A DNA stretch of 64,000 bases from the human T2T-CHM13v2.0 reference genome, Homo sapiens, in assembly GCF_009914755.1 (NCBI RefSeq), contig NC_060932.1; one strand, 5' to 3'. Below the pieces are notes generated by a model. The model was not told the DNA's origin, searched no databases, and was given only the letters and a program-made list of their open reading frames with translations. Of the stretch, positions 34,276-47,985 are shown in pieces (the first letter of the stretch is position 1; each line of letters opens with the position of its first letter). Both the position numbers and the translations under genes were made by a program.

Positions 34276-35409
34276 ATAAGCTTAAATGATCGAGTATTGG
34301 AAACGCTTTCTAAGGCCCTGGAAAAATAGAAGTTTTCTTAATAATAATGTTAGCTTCCATGTATTGTAAACCTAAACGAAGCAAGAATAAATGCTGGGTG
34401 CTGTATATAGCTCTATCAACCTATAATCACCTCGAAAACTCGAGGAGACACATTCAGCTGCTCCCATTTCACGGATGAGGAAACAAGTACGCAATCCTGA
34501 AGCTGGTGCAAAGCCCAGGCCCCCTTTCTTTTTCAAGCGTGCTTCCAGCCTCTGAAGTTCCTCCGTACGGACCCCCAGCTCTGCCTGCAATAAGGAATAT
34601 TCACTTTGCCAACAAATATTTATTGAGTGCCTGCTATATACCCCTTAGCCCGTTTAAATAGCCGTGGGATTAAAAAGATAAATAGGGCAGGATTTTTTTT
34701 TTTCTTCCAGGAAGGAGCTTTCTGAAGGGTGAGGGAGAGGCCAGGTAAACAATCCCAGAACAGTCTGGTGAGAGTTGGGAGAGGAGTCGGGGGGCCGCGG
34801 GACGCTCAGGAAGCGAAGCGGGGAAGGCTCCGGGCGCGTCGCAGGACCCGCGCTGGAGATGGGTTTGAAGCCCTGTCCTGAAAAAGCCGGCCCGGAGTGG
34901 GCTGTCCCCGGTGTCCCTCGAGTTCTCATGCTGTCATTCAAGCAGCAGAGGAAGAACCGGGTCTGGCTCGGGAAGGGTGGGCTTAGGGTCAGGGGTGCAA
35001 ATCCCTCGGTAAAAGCCGGCAAACTAAAAGTCGCACACATCCCAGGTCCCGGTCCAGGCCCCGGCGGGGCAGGGTCCCCGAAGTCCCGGGGCGCGCAGAC
35101 GCCGGGGCCCCCGGGGGCCAAGGGAACGGCGGGACCCGACCTCCCTGCCCTCGGCCTCCCGGGCCCTCGCCCTCCGACCAGCCGCTGAGTCGGGGGCTGG
35201 GGTCGCCGCTTCCGCCCGCGGCCCGCTGCCCCTCCCCGGCGCGCGCCATCCGGCCGCCGGCCCCTCCTCCCGCGGGGGGCTCCGTCCCGCGCCCCGTCCC
35301 TCCGGGCTGCAGCCGGCAGCCCACGTCCAGGGAGGGCGGAGGGAGGAGGAGAGGCGCGGAGAGGAGGGAGGGGAGAGGGGAGGGAGGAAGGCGAGAGAAA
35401 GGGAGCTGC

Positions 35410-35979
35410 TTCCATCCCGGACTTCCCAGAGCCTGCCTGGAGCGCGTACTCAGCGGCTCTCGGGTCCCAGCGTCCCAGCCGCGGCCCGCGCTCCTCCGCC
35501 CCGCTCCTCCTCCTCCTCTTCCTCCTCCTCCTCCTCTCTAGGCACCCCCGTCCCCTCCTTCCAGCGGCTGCAGCCCCCAGCCCCAACTCTCCGCGCTTAC
35601 TCCTGGGACGCGCGTCCTCGCCCCATCCTTTGCTTCCTTCCTTCCTTCCTTCTTCCTTCCTCCCCTGGCTCCCGCCCTCCCTCTCCAGGTCGCCCTCCCG
35701 GGGCCCGATTGTCTCGGTGCCCCGCTCCCGGCCCGCGCCCTGCCCCGTCTCTCCCTTGCACTTCCTGAGTCGCCCGCCGCCGCCGTCGCAGACTCGCCGC
35801 GGGAGCCCCAGCCCAACCCGAGCCCGACAGCCACTGCCCCGGCTCCAGCTCCAGCCCCACAGCCCGCGGCGCCCGCCCGAGGGAGCCCCGGCGCCCGGGG
35901 AAGGCTCCAGTGGGCTAGCGCGCCCTCGCCCAGCCCCGCGCCCCAGCCCTGCCCGGCCCGGCGAGGAAGGACCGGGAAG
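35410..35979 (+). other. RBPMS: RBPMS exon 1 5'UTR (start approximate), with (CCT)n at about 35505-35535 and (CCTT)n at about 35633-35661
   Basis: ATG-free GC-rich leader upstream of the start codon; TSS position is from recall. Confidence 0.6.
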
Positions 35980-36045
35980 ATGAACAACGGCGGCAAAGCC
36001 GAGAAGGAGAACACCCCGAGCGAGGCCAACCTTCAGGAGGAGGAG
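35980..36045 (+). CDS. RBPMS: RNA-binding protein with multiple splicing, coding exon 1 (22 codons)
   Basis: MNNGGKAEKENTPSEANLQEEE is the RBPMS N-terminus; A at -3; phase-0 donor GAG|GTACTG at 36046. I did not find the next coding exon (VRTLFVSGLP) in the window. Confidence 0.96.
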
Positions 36046-39000
36046 GTACTGGGCGGCTCGGTGTGGTGGCGGGGGCGACGCGGGACCCAGTGCGGGCGGC
36101 CGGCGGGGCGCGGGCCCGGGGCGCGGCGGTGGAAGAAGGTTCAGGCATGGCCCGTGCCCCGGACGCAGCCCCACAGTGTGGCCCGGGGAGGGTGGATCTC
36201 GGGAGCGTGTGTTTTTGTGTCCACGCGCGTCTGCGGGCCCCAAATTGCGTAACTCCAAGGACTTTTCGGAGACTTTTGTAAGTATAATGCTCAGCTTTGT
36301 TTGCCCGGGATTTATAAGTGGAACCGAGAGCTGACTCCTGGGTGACCTCAGATAATCGGGACTCGGAGGGTCAGGACTTAGGGCCGGGGCTGGAAATTGT
36401 GTATGGATTCAGGGTCGGGGGGGGAGCAGTTTAAGGAAGAAACTCGGGGGAAAGTTCTCGTTAAAAGATACCTCTATTCCCTGCCCCCTCCCTTTCCGTG
36501 TTAAAAGTTCTTGGTGAAATATCTTTCTAGCCGAGGTTTTTTGGATTAATAGATAACTCATCAGCCACATTCTTCTCTGCTGAGTCAAAGACCCCGAGCC
36601 TGGGCGGTGAACGCTTGTGATTTTAGGGGCCGTGCAGCTGAGGGGAGCAGAGTAAGAGGGTTAAAAACGCAGCAATTCACCAAATGCTCATCGAGGGTAT
36701 TTTCATAGGACTTTGACTTCTGAGCATGCATTTTAGGTGGTGCGTCCGTAATCATGATGAAAGTTTTGTGACTGCGGAGCGTTCCTTCGGTGGAAACAAA
36801 ATTGAGTAGATGTGGTCAGAAGGGGAGTCGGACTCAGGAACAAACGTTTCAGAATTCAGTAGGATATTTGTGGTATCCTACCAAATGACTCTTTTTGCAG
36901 GTACGTTATCTGGAGTCCAAGAAATTATTTCTGGCGTACTTCTTAACATCCCACACAGTTGAGTTCTTAAACATTCTAGAGGAACTTGAGAGTGTGTGTA
37001 GATGCAGGAAAGTGCACGTCTAAATATGACCCGAAAAGATTCACACAGGTATTGGATCCTGATATAGGTGAACACAGAAGGTAAACGGATTCTAAAGCGT
37101 TAGAATGTTGAGATCATTGTTGAGACACTATGTTGTGTGCAAACTTCAATTCTGATAGTGAAACCAAAATTGCAGAGGAATTCATTAATACATACAACTT
37201 CTCTGCACATTGTCCACTTGGAAAATGGTAACTATTTAGATGGAGAAGGTAGAGGAGCGAGACTATGCCAAACAATGCAAAATAAATAGGAGATTTTACT
37301 CGTCACCCAGTTGTATGGTAGTGAAAACCTAAATGAATTGCAGTCAGCCAAAAATTGCTTTTTCACCCGAGGACATTTTCTATTTTATTATAAAAGACTA
37401 TTTGAAGAGTTGTTTACTTGCATGTTTTCTAATTACAATTGTAGGAATGCTACTGGCATTTCTTTTTTCAAAGCGATGGAGAGTTGAATGGTGTGTTCTG
37501 ATTTTTTTTCTTGAACTTTACTGGCTGCTTTGCTATTTATTTTCCCTACCACTTAAAAAAATTTAAAAATAATGACAAGTGTGCTTTTTTAGGAATTACC
37601 ATGTTTAACTAATTCACTTACCATATCAAGATAATCATCGCTTCAGAAATCTTTCTGTTTCAGCTAGATGTGCAATCTGTTTGCTTCTCAGGGTTAGAAT
37701 ATTATATGAAACCATCTTTCTTTATTCACCCAGTTGAGAAAACTTTTTTTTTTCCTTTTGGTAGGTAGCAAAAGAGGTTCAATGTCCTAAAAATCATACC
37801 CACATTAAAATTAAGTATAGAAAAGTCACATTTTTCTGCTTGACCCCTCTTAACAGCTGCCAGGACCAAGGGATTGCCTGCCCTGTTCCTGGACGCTCCT
37901 CCGTCCTTGTGAGGTTGTGTATAATAATCGCTGTATAATCGCGGGCCATTGCAGTACAGTTGCTGCCTCTTACTTGTCCTGTTATCTGACAGCGTTCCTT
38001 TTCAGGTAGGAATGGCATGTGGCTCTAGAAAGTATCGGTCTTTTTAGCAAAACACTTGTTATGTAAAAAGTAAGGGGACACGTAGGAAGATTTCAGAACC
38101 CAAGTTGTCCAAGAGAGATGTCGTGTACAAAACAGTTAAGACCGTGAAGAGAGGGGGGTTTATAATGTCAGAAATTGAGGAAAAGAAACTAAGGTGGCCT
38201 GAATGATCCAGGTAATTTTGCCTTAATTTCCTATTTTTGGTTTATATTTTGTTCTTGAAAAACTCTTAACCTCTTTTTTGTTTTTTTCTTTCTAACCCTG
38301 AAAGCCACAGGTAAAATAAATAGAGTATTAGGTGAGTGCCATTAATGTGCCCGGCATTACACAAAACCACTGCACTGACCCTTTCCCTGCCCACCCATTG
38401 TATCAGCAACTTGCTCTTAAGCACATTTAAAAACCTTGGCGGTGGACTCCAGTAAACAGAACACACACATACAACATAGATATATACACGTAATGACGAG
38501 AGGAAAAATGTGTTTCGTTGTAATTTCTGGTAGCCATTGAACTGACATGGAAAAATGAGTCCAATCATCATTAAGGGAAAATAGTTTATTTCACAGATCA
38601 TGAGGGTGGTTTGGGCTTTCTCCACATTGTAGAACCCAAGTTTGTTTTTTTCTGTGTTTCTAGTTTCGAAACGAATTCCTTCTATCAATCAGTGTATTTT
38701 AGCTTCTTTTGAGAGTTTCTAATGCTTACCCTGAAATAATTGTGCTGAAATGCCTCTTTGGTTCTAATTGTGTAGAATGAACAGTTCAGGATCTAGGAGT
38801 ATTTTTGCAGCTTTTTAGGGTTGGAAGTTTTTGAGAACTTTGGCAGAACATGTATTAATACTTCTACTTTGGATAGCATTGAAAACTTTGAGGAAAAATA
38901 ATTTAGGATTTGGCTAGCCAGTTGTGTAAGAGAGATGATACATTTAACTTTCCGATTTTTAATGTATTATTACATTAAATACATGTGTAATACACGTACA

Positions 39001-39278
39001 ATGTATTATACATGTGTGTTCCCTAAGCAAGTTGTCCTGTAAAGACTAACCAGTTGTCAAAATCTCACTGAGATTTTTAAGGTTTGTTTATATATGTTTA
39101 GAGTATCATGTCATTTCTTATATTTTACAATTGATAAAATGATTCCTAGAATTTCTCTAATTGTGCAATCAAACTTTATAAAAATTGATATATAATAGAT
39201 CCATAATTATTTGTCTTACCTAATCAGTTATAATTGATGAGTTTAAAGTATTTTCAAATATATCAAGACCTTTTCTGT

Positions 39279-40444
39279 CTTATAGCTTATAACTTATAGC
39301 TATAGCTATAAGCTAACTTATAACTTATAGCTATAGCTATAAGCTAACTTATAACTTATAGCTATAGCTATAAGCTAACTTATAACTTATAGCTATAGCT
39401 ATAAGCTAACTTATAGCTATAGCTATAAGCTAACTTATAACTTATAGCTATAGCTATAAGCTAACTTATAACTTATAGCTATAGCTATAAGCTAACTTAT
39501 AACTTATAGCTATAGCTATAAGCTAACTTATAACTTATAGCTATAGCTATAAGCTAACTTATAACTTATAGCTATAGCTATAAGCTAACTTATAACTTAT
39601 AGCTATAGCTATAAGCTAACTTATAACTTATAGCTATAGCTATAAGCTAACTTATAACTTATAGCTATAGCTATAAGCTAACTTATAACTTATAGCTATA
39701 GCTATAAGCTAACTTATAACTTATAGCTATAGCTATAAGCTAACTTATAACTTATAGCTATAGCTATAAGCTAACTTATAACTTATAGCTATAGCTATAA
39801 GCTAACTTATAACTTATAGCTATAGCTATAAGCTAACTTATAACTTATAGCTATAGCTATAAGCTAACTTATAACTTATAGCTATAGCTATAAGCTAACT
39901 TATAACTTATAGCTATAGCTATAAGCTAACTTATAACTTATAGCTATAGCTATAAGCTAACTTATAACTTATAGCTATAGCTATAAGCTAACTTATAACT
40001 TATAGCTATAGCTATAAGCTAACTTATAACTTATAGCTATAGCTATAAGCTAACTTATAACTTATAGCTATAGCTATAAGCTAACTTATAACTTATAGCT
40101 ATAGCTATAAGCTAACTTATAACTTATAGCTATAGCTATAAGCTAACTTATAACTTATAGCTATAGCTATAAGCTAACTTATAACTTATAGCTATAGCTA
40201 TAAGCTAACTTATAACTATAGCTATAGCTATAAGCTAACTTATAACTTATAGCTATAGCTATAAGCTAACTTATAACTTATAGCTATAGCTATAAGCTAA
40301 CTTATAACTTATAGCTATAGCTATAAGCTAACTTATAACTTATAGCTATAGCTATAAGCTAACTTATAACTTATAGCTATAGCTATAAGCTAACTTATAA
40401 CTTATAGCTATAGCTATAAAGCTAACTTATAGCTTGTAACTTAT
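39279..40444. repeat. Palindromic AT-rich minisatellite, 37 units of 31 bp (CTTATAGCTATAGCTATAAG-CTAACTTATAA)
   Basis: Palindrome starts at 39293, 39324, 39355, 39386, 39410 and then every 31 bp to 40401; variants are a 7-bp linker deletion, a 1-bp deletion at 40216 and an extra A in the last unit. Confidence 0.97.
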
Positions 40445-41624
40445 TTGTTGGTCACTGAATTTTCAAAATAGAAATTTAGATTAAATATGTGATTTGGTTT
40501 TTATTTCTACTTTTATCCATGTCATTGAGTACTTTTCAGGCTGATTGTAAAACATCTTTAAAAGGCCTTTTATTATATTGAAGCACTGGTGTTAATTTCT
40601 CCTTAAATTGCTTTGAATTGACTTGTACTTATAATAAAACTAAAAAAGCAAAAAACGTGGAAGTGTTGGAATATTGATCAAAAAGATGTGCAGAAATCAT
40701 ACAGTCAGTTCTTCTGAGGTTAATACAAACCTTTACTTTGCATTCCTTCTTTTAAAGTGCTAATTTTGCCAAAATATTGGGGTTGTAAAGAAAATTATTT
40801 CTTAAAATTGCTGCAGAGAGGGTAATGTCAGTTTGATGTGGCAACCTCAAATTTTCATTGAGCATTAAAGTCAATCTACATTGTGACTTCAGGAAAGTAC
40901 AGAATGGTTTTATACAATTTAACCAAGATTGGGGATCTCTGTTATTCCAAGTTCAATCCAATGCAATAAACATATATTTCAGTTGTAGAATAGGATTTGG
41001 TGACAACTGATGCTCCATGACCCCTGTCAATATGGCATGCACTTTTGAGTTATTTTTCCAGTAGCGGTTTAAACATTTCCCTGATAAACCCTTGTGTGCA
41101 TCTGCAGTCTTCTTCATTCCCAGTGGCATTAGTTTTCAGATGGGTAGTTTGGAAGGGGTGGAAGTTCTCTTCTGGAGATGGTTTCACATGATTTTCGTAG
41201 GTTCATGTTAATTTTTGCTTTAAGGATAAAAGTGTTCAGTGCTGGTGACAAGGCAATAAAGTGGGTACTTTTGTGCAGAGCAGTGGTGATGTAAATTAGT
41301 GTAGCTTTTCAGAAAGGAGTGACACTATCAAAATGTGTTCAGGCCCTTTGATTTAGTACCTTTATTTTTAGAAATTTACCCTAAGAAAACGGTATCATAA
41401 AGATTTATATATAGGAATGATTTTTGCAGTGACTTATGACAGTGACAATTCAGAGGCACTCTATCTAACATGGGAAACTGCTAACTAAATCATTGTATAA
41501 TTCTGGAAGGGGAATATTGTGCAACCACTAAAGGCTCCGTTTTTAAAGAGAAAAATACATGGATTATAAAATATGTATTATATATAAATTCATATTTATT
41601 ATGTATTATACATATGTGGTTATA

Positions 41625-41755
41625 TACTATTCTCTGTGTTCTGGAGGTTAGAAACCTGAAGTCAAGGTGTTGGCAGGGCCACCGTGCTCTCTAAAGGCTG
41701 GAGAGGAGAACCTGTCCTTACCTCTTTGAGCTTCAGTGGCTCCAGACATTCTGAA
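41625..41755 (-). mobile_element. MLT1 LTR fragment
   Basis: tattctctgtgttctggaggttagaaacctgaagtcaaggtgttggcagggcc. Confidence 0.7.
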
Positions 41756-42794
41756 GACTATATTTTTATTCTCATGTTGTAATATTAAATGAAAAGAACT
41801 GATTTTAAAGTTTTATGCTATGTGATGCCAGTTCTCAAATAAATGTATATTCATTCATAAAACCAAACATTAATTGTATCTAATTGGTGGATTACAGATC
41901 ATTGCTATTTACTTTCTGATGCCTTTCGGTGTTTAAGTTTTCGAAAATGACCATGTGAACAAAAAGAATTAAATGTCTTTTTGCTTTGAGGGTTTCCTTG
42001 AATCGTGATATTCACAAAACCGAGGTTGGTCACATTTAGTTTTGCTCACAAGCCTAGCGGTGAGAATCAGGTCTGCCTTGTTCCTCAGACATAGTCTTTC
42101 TTAGTACTATTAGTATTTCTCTTACTCATTCCCTTATCTTGATTGTGTTAGTGATCTTCAGCTGCTCTCCTGTTCTGATGCTCTTCTGGAGTCCATCCTT
42201 ACACCATACTGCTGGGCCCTCCAATGCCCCGAATCCTTCAGTGCTACTTGGTACTCCACAAAGTCAAGTGCGCACATGGCGTTCGGGATTGCCCTCACCT
42301 ACCTGTATACTGTGATCCCTTTGCTAAGAGGAAGCCTAGGTCTTCCTCTTCTGTTCTCTTGATCTAGTCTGAGCTGCTTTTAAGCCAGGATTCAAGTTTT
42401 TCAGCCTACATTTTTGCAAGATCCCCCTCACCTGAATGTCCCATCCCATAGAGATGATTTTTCATTAGAATTTCAGTAAAAGTTACTTTCTGTTATGTCC
42501 ATTTAACTCCTGGTTATTATTTTTTTCAGCTATTTATTTTGTATGGGTCTATGCCATTTTACAGTATTCCCAATGTTCAACACCTACCCCAGCACCAGGT
42601 AAATCTCCTCTGCACACATCCACACTTACATATATACACGTATATAATTCTTTGTAAATATATATGAAATAGCCTTATTGGTGAGGTTGGTGATTATGAG
42701 TTTGTACAGGTAATAAGAAGCAGCCACTCGTTTAATATTGAGGATCCCTTCTGTGCTCTGCACTGGGGAATTAGAAAAGGTGTGGATGGATCGG

Positions 42795-42966
42795 CTGGAA
42801 AATTACTTCCATCCCTTTGTCATTAGGAACCTCCATTTGCGAGCACAGGTGAGCCTGCCTGGTCCATCAAATAGCCACTGCTGGAAAATTACTTCCATCC
42901 CTTTGTCATTAGGAACCTCCATTTGCGAGCACAGGTGAGCCTGCCTGGTCCATCAGATAGCCACTG
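42795..42966. repeat. 86-bp tandem duplication
   Basis: 42795-42880 and 42881-42966, one mismatch. Confidence 0.97.
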
Positions 42967-45297
42967 TCAGTGTGGGACTGCTTGTCCCAAGGTGCATTTG
43001 GGTTTTCACCATTAGAATTTGGTTTCTGCTGTGGAATTCCATTTGACCTTTTGGACGAGGGCTTCCAGAAGCCTTGGTTAGGTGGAAGAGCATGGACTCC
43101 CTGTGTTCCCAAACAAGCCTGCTCTGTGTGACAGCCACTTTGGAATGTTTGTGTTCAGTTTCATTTGGCACCTTAGTGTCTGCCTGGGGGTAGGGGAAAG
43201 GGAATGCAAATGTTCCTCTTGAACAGTGCTTTCTTTGGTCAAAGAAAAAAACTTAGGAAGGAATGAGGAGAATGAACCTTAAAAGCTGGTGCAGAAGTGG
43301 CTGCATAGCTCAGTGGGCTTGAGGCCATCTGGGACCAGGTATTTAAAATGGATGCTATGTTGGTATGAACAAGTCAGTTCCATGCCCCTGGTGGGGATGA
43401 GCTTATTTGTCATATGGGGATAACTCCTCACACTCACATCCCTAAAGTGTACCAGGAGAATATTGTAAACAATTTTATTGCACTATATTTTCTATGTTTG
43501 GCGGTGGAGGTGGGAGGTCCTTGATATTATCTGAAACATGAAGCTGAGTAAAGGGGATATGTCTGTGGTATCAGAAGAAAGCTGCTTGGCTTGTCAGTGT
43601 TGCTGATAGCAGGAAAAAGGAAATACTGAAATCTTTAGCCTGCAGAATTGTCAGAAATCTTTTTATCTATTCATTAAATAATTATCTCCTAACTTTTATT
43701 GAGTATTTACTATGTGCCAAGCTGATGAAGGGATTATGATGATTGTGCTGCTTTGATGGGGAAGTGGCTGAAGCCCTGAAAAGCTATGGAGCCAGGGTCT
43801 TCATGTGCAGATTCTAGAGATGCCAAGATCTGAGAGAGGCAGTTCCTGTCTTAAAGTTGCTCACAGTTTAATGGTGATGCCCCTGTATGAACAAACAGGT
43901 ATAACCACGCCCGAGGTTAAAGTAGAGGTAGTTGAGTTGAGCACAGCCAAACCTGCAAGGAAGGGATGGAGCTGTGTCACAGAAAGCTTTAAAGAAGTTT
44001 AAAGAGTCAGTTCTTTAAAGATGACGTATGAGCTAAATCTCAGTTAAGATTTTGACTGATGAGAAAAGGGTTCAGACAGTGGGGAAAAGATGGGCTAGGC
44101 AAGGAAATCGCTCTGTGAATGAACACACAGAGGCTTCAAAAGACCCTTTTGGGGAAGAGCAAGCAAGGCATGGCAGGAGAGAAGAAGGGGAAGGAAGAAT
44201 GAAACTGGGGAGGGGGCACTGGCCCACAGTGGGTGGAAGAGCTGCCTCTGCATTAGGGAATTGGACTTTGTCCTCTGATGGGGCACCAGGGTGGATGTGC
44301 CCCAGAAGGCAGCAATCTAGGACGTCCCAATGGGCAGGGGGATGTGGCGAATTTTGGAAAAGTTGTTGAGAACCATTCTTGCAGTGAGGTTTCTGCTGCA
44401 AGAGTCCTGGTCTCAAAGTGAGGCAGCAGCCTGGCAGTGGCAACTGAGGCAGAGATGCCAGGTGTTCAGGGCCTAGATAACTGTCAGATGTGCGGGAGAG
44501 AAGGCAAGGAGACAGCCTAGCAGCCTTTTGGGTTTCTCCTTCGGGTGGCTAGCTAAGTGACGGTTGTATTTGTAGGAATAGAAAATAGAGATGTGGAAAG
44601 GGTAAGAAAAGAAGGTACCTAGGAGATGAAGATGTTACTGAGTCTGGGGTGCAGAGGAGAGGTCTGATCTTGAAATACGATTTTCAGAACAATTCAAGAA
44701 CATAGAGCTGATAATTGAAAGCGTGCATACTGGGAGTGAGTGCCCAGAAAATGGAATTCCTGCTTTCTAGGAAACGTTGTGAGGGTTAGCAAGGAAAGAG
44801 ATACAAAATTTAGTGAAAATTTAGAGTCATGTTAAAAAGTGTTTGGGAAGGGGAGAGAATTGAAAATAATCAAGAAAAATGGAAACTTAAAAATTAATTT
44901 AGGAACATAAAAATGTATTACATATAATCTGCCTGTTTTTAAAGGGTTTGGTATACTTAGCCATTGGAAAGCCTGAGGGGGAGCTTAGAAAAATCTGATA
45001 TATGGTCTTTCTCATATGCTTTTTTTTTTGCTTTGCTCAAAACTCAGGAACCTGTTTATAAACCTCCCAAACTTGCCATTAATTCCCAGGCTTTTACTTC
45101 TCCAACTCTCCATTTGCCAACCCTGCACCTAAAAGGAAAGATCAAGCTACCATAAAATCTGGAGAGGCGTGAGTTTTTTTACAGGAAAAAATTTCTAAGT
45201 TGCTTTTATCTTTTTTGACTTTTTTGGGGAAAAGGAAGAGTAGGATGAGCCTTTGGCCAGCAGCCCAAAGACATCTAATCTGTGGGTTATATTTTCA

Positions 45298-47290
<1,993 letters not shown>

Positions 47291-47379
47291 TCAAATCTGT
47301 AAAAACACTTAATGGTTTTTGCATATTAATGGATTGATTAAACATTTATGGAGTTGGTGTCTACTCTGCTTTTAACATT

Positions 47380-47985
47380 GCTCTTTGACAAACCATATGA
47401 AGTGTTGCCATCCCATGTTTTGGGATAAGAAAGCTAAGGCTCTGAGAGATTAAGTAATTGGTCTGAGGTTTTACAGCTGGTGGATAGGAGCTTAAAATTC
47501 TCCAGTGGCATATGAGGTTCATGTGATCCGGGCCCTGCTGGTTTCTCTGACCTCATCTGCCAAGAATCACAGCCTCATTCATTATGCTCCAGCTGCCTGG
47601 GCTTTCGTTAGGTGTCTCCAACTTGCCAAACTTGTTCCTGCCTCAGGGCCTTTGTGCAAGCCATTCTGTATGCCCGGAAAGCCCTACACTCAGACATTAT
47701 CAGCCTCATCCTTGCCATTCATTTAGATCTCAATTCAGATGTCACCCCAGAGAGACCTTTGACCTCCAAGTTTAAAGTAGCCCTATATTCCCAACCCTTT
47801 TATTTTCCAAATAGTACTTCTTACCTCCTGACGTTGCCTTGTATGCTTATTGTACTTATTTGGTACCCTTGGAATGTAACTCCCTGGCAGCAGACTGCCT
47901 GCCTTGTTTAACACTGTACAAACCTCAGATGCCTAGGACAATGCCCAGAACTGTCCAATAAGTTTTTTTGTGAATTGACTAGAAT
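47380..47985 (+). mobile_element. MIR then L2 fragments
   Basis: gataagaaagctaaggctctgagagattaagtaattg (MIR); cctgcctcagggcctttg...gcctaggacaatgcccag (L2). Confidence 0.7.

Larger units (their letters stand above)
34780..36250. promoter_or_regulatory. CpG island promoter of RBPMS
   Basis: Very GC- and CpG-rich with GC boxes, surrounding the first coding exon. Confidence 0.92.

Noticed and set aside
36046-36252. ORF continuation beyond EEE (VLGGSVWW...)
   Set aside because: Read-through into the intron past the donor site; not RBPMS sequence
34654-36258. 534-aa minus-strand ORF across the CpG island (RBPMS-AS1 direction)
   Set aside because: TTG start, low-complexity G/R/P composition; stop codons are scarce in GC-rich DNA; no recognisable domain
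39279-40444. CRISPR-like array of palindromic repeats
   Set aside because: Linkers are identical, not unique spacers; no cas genes; human intron. It is a minisatellite
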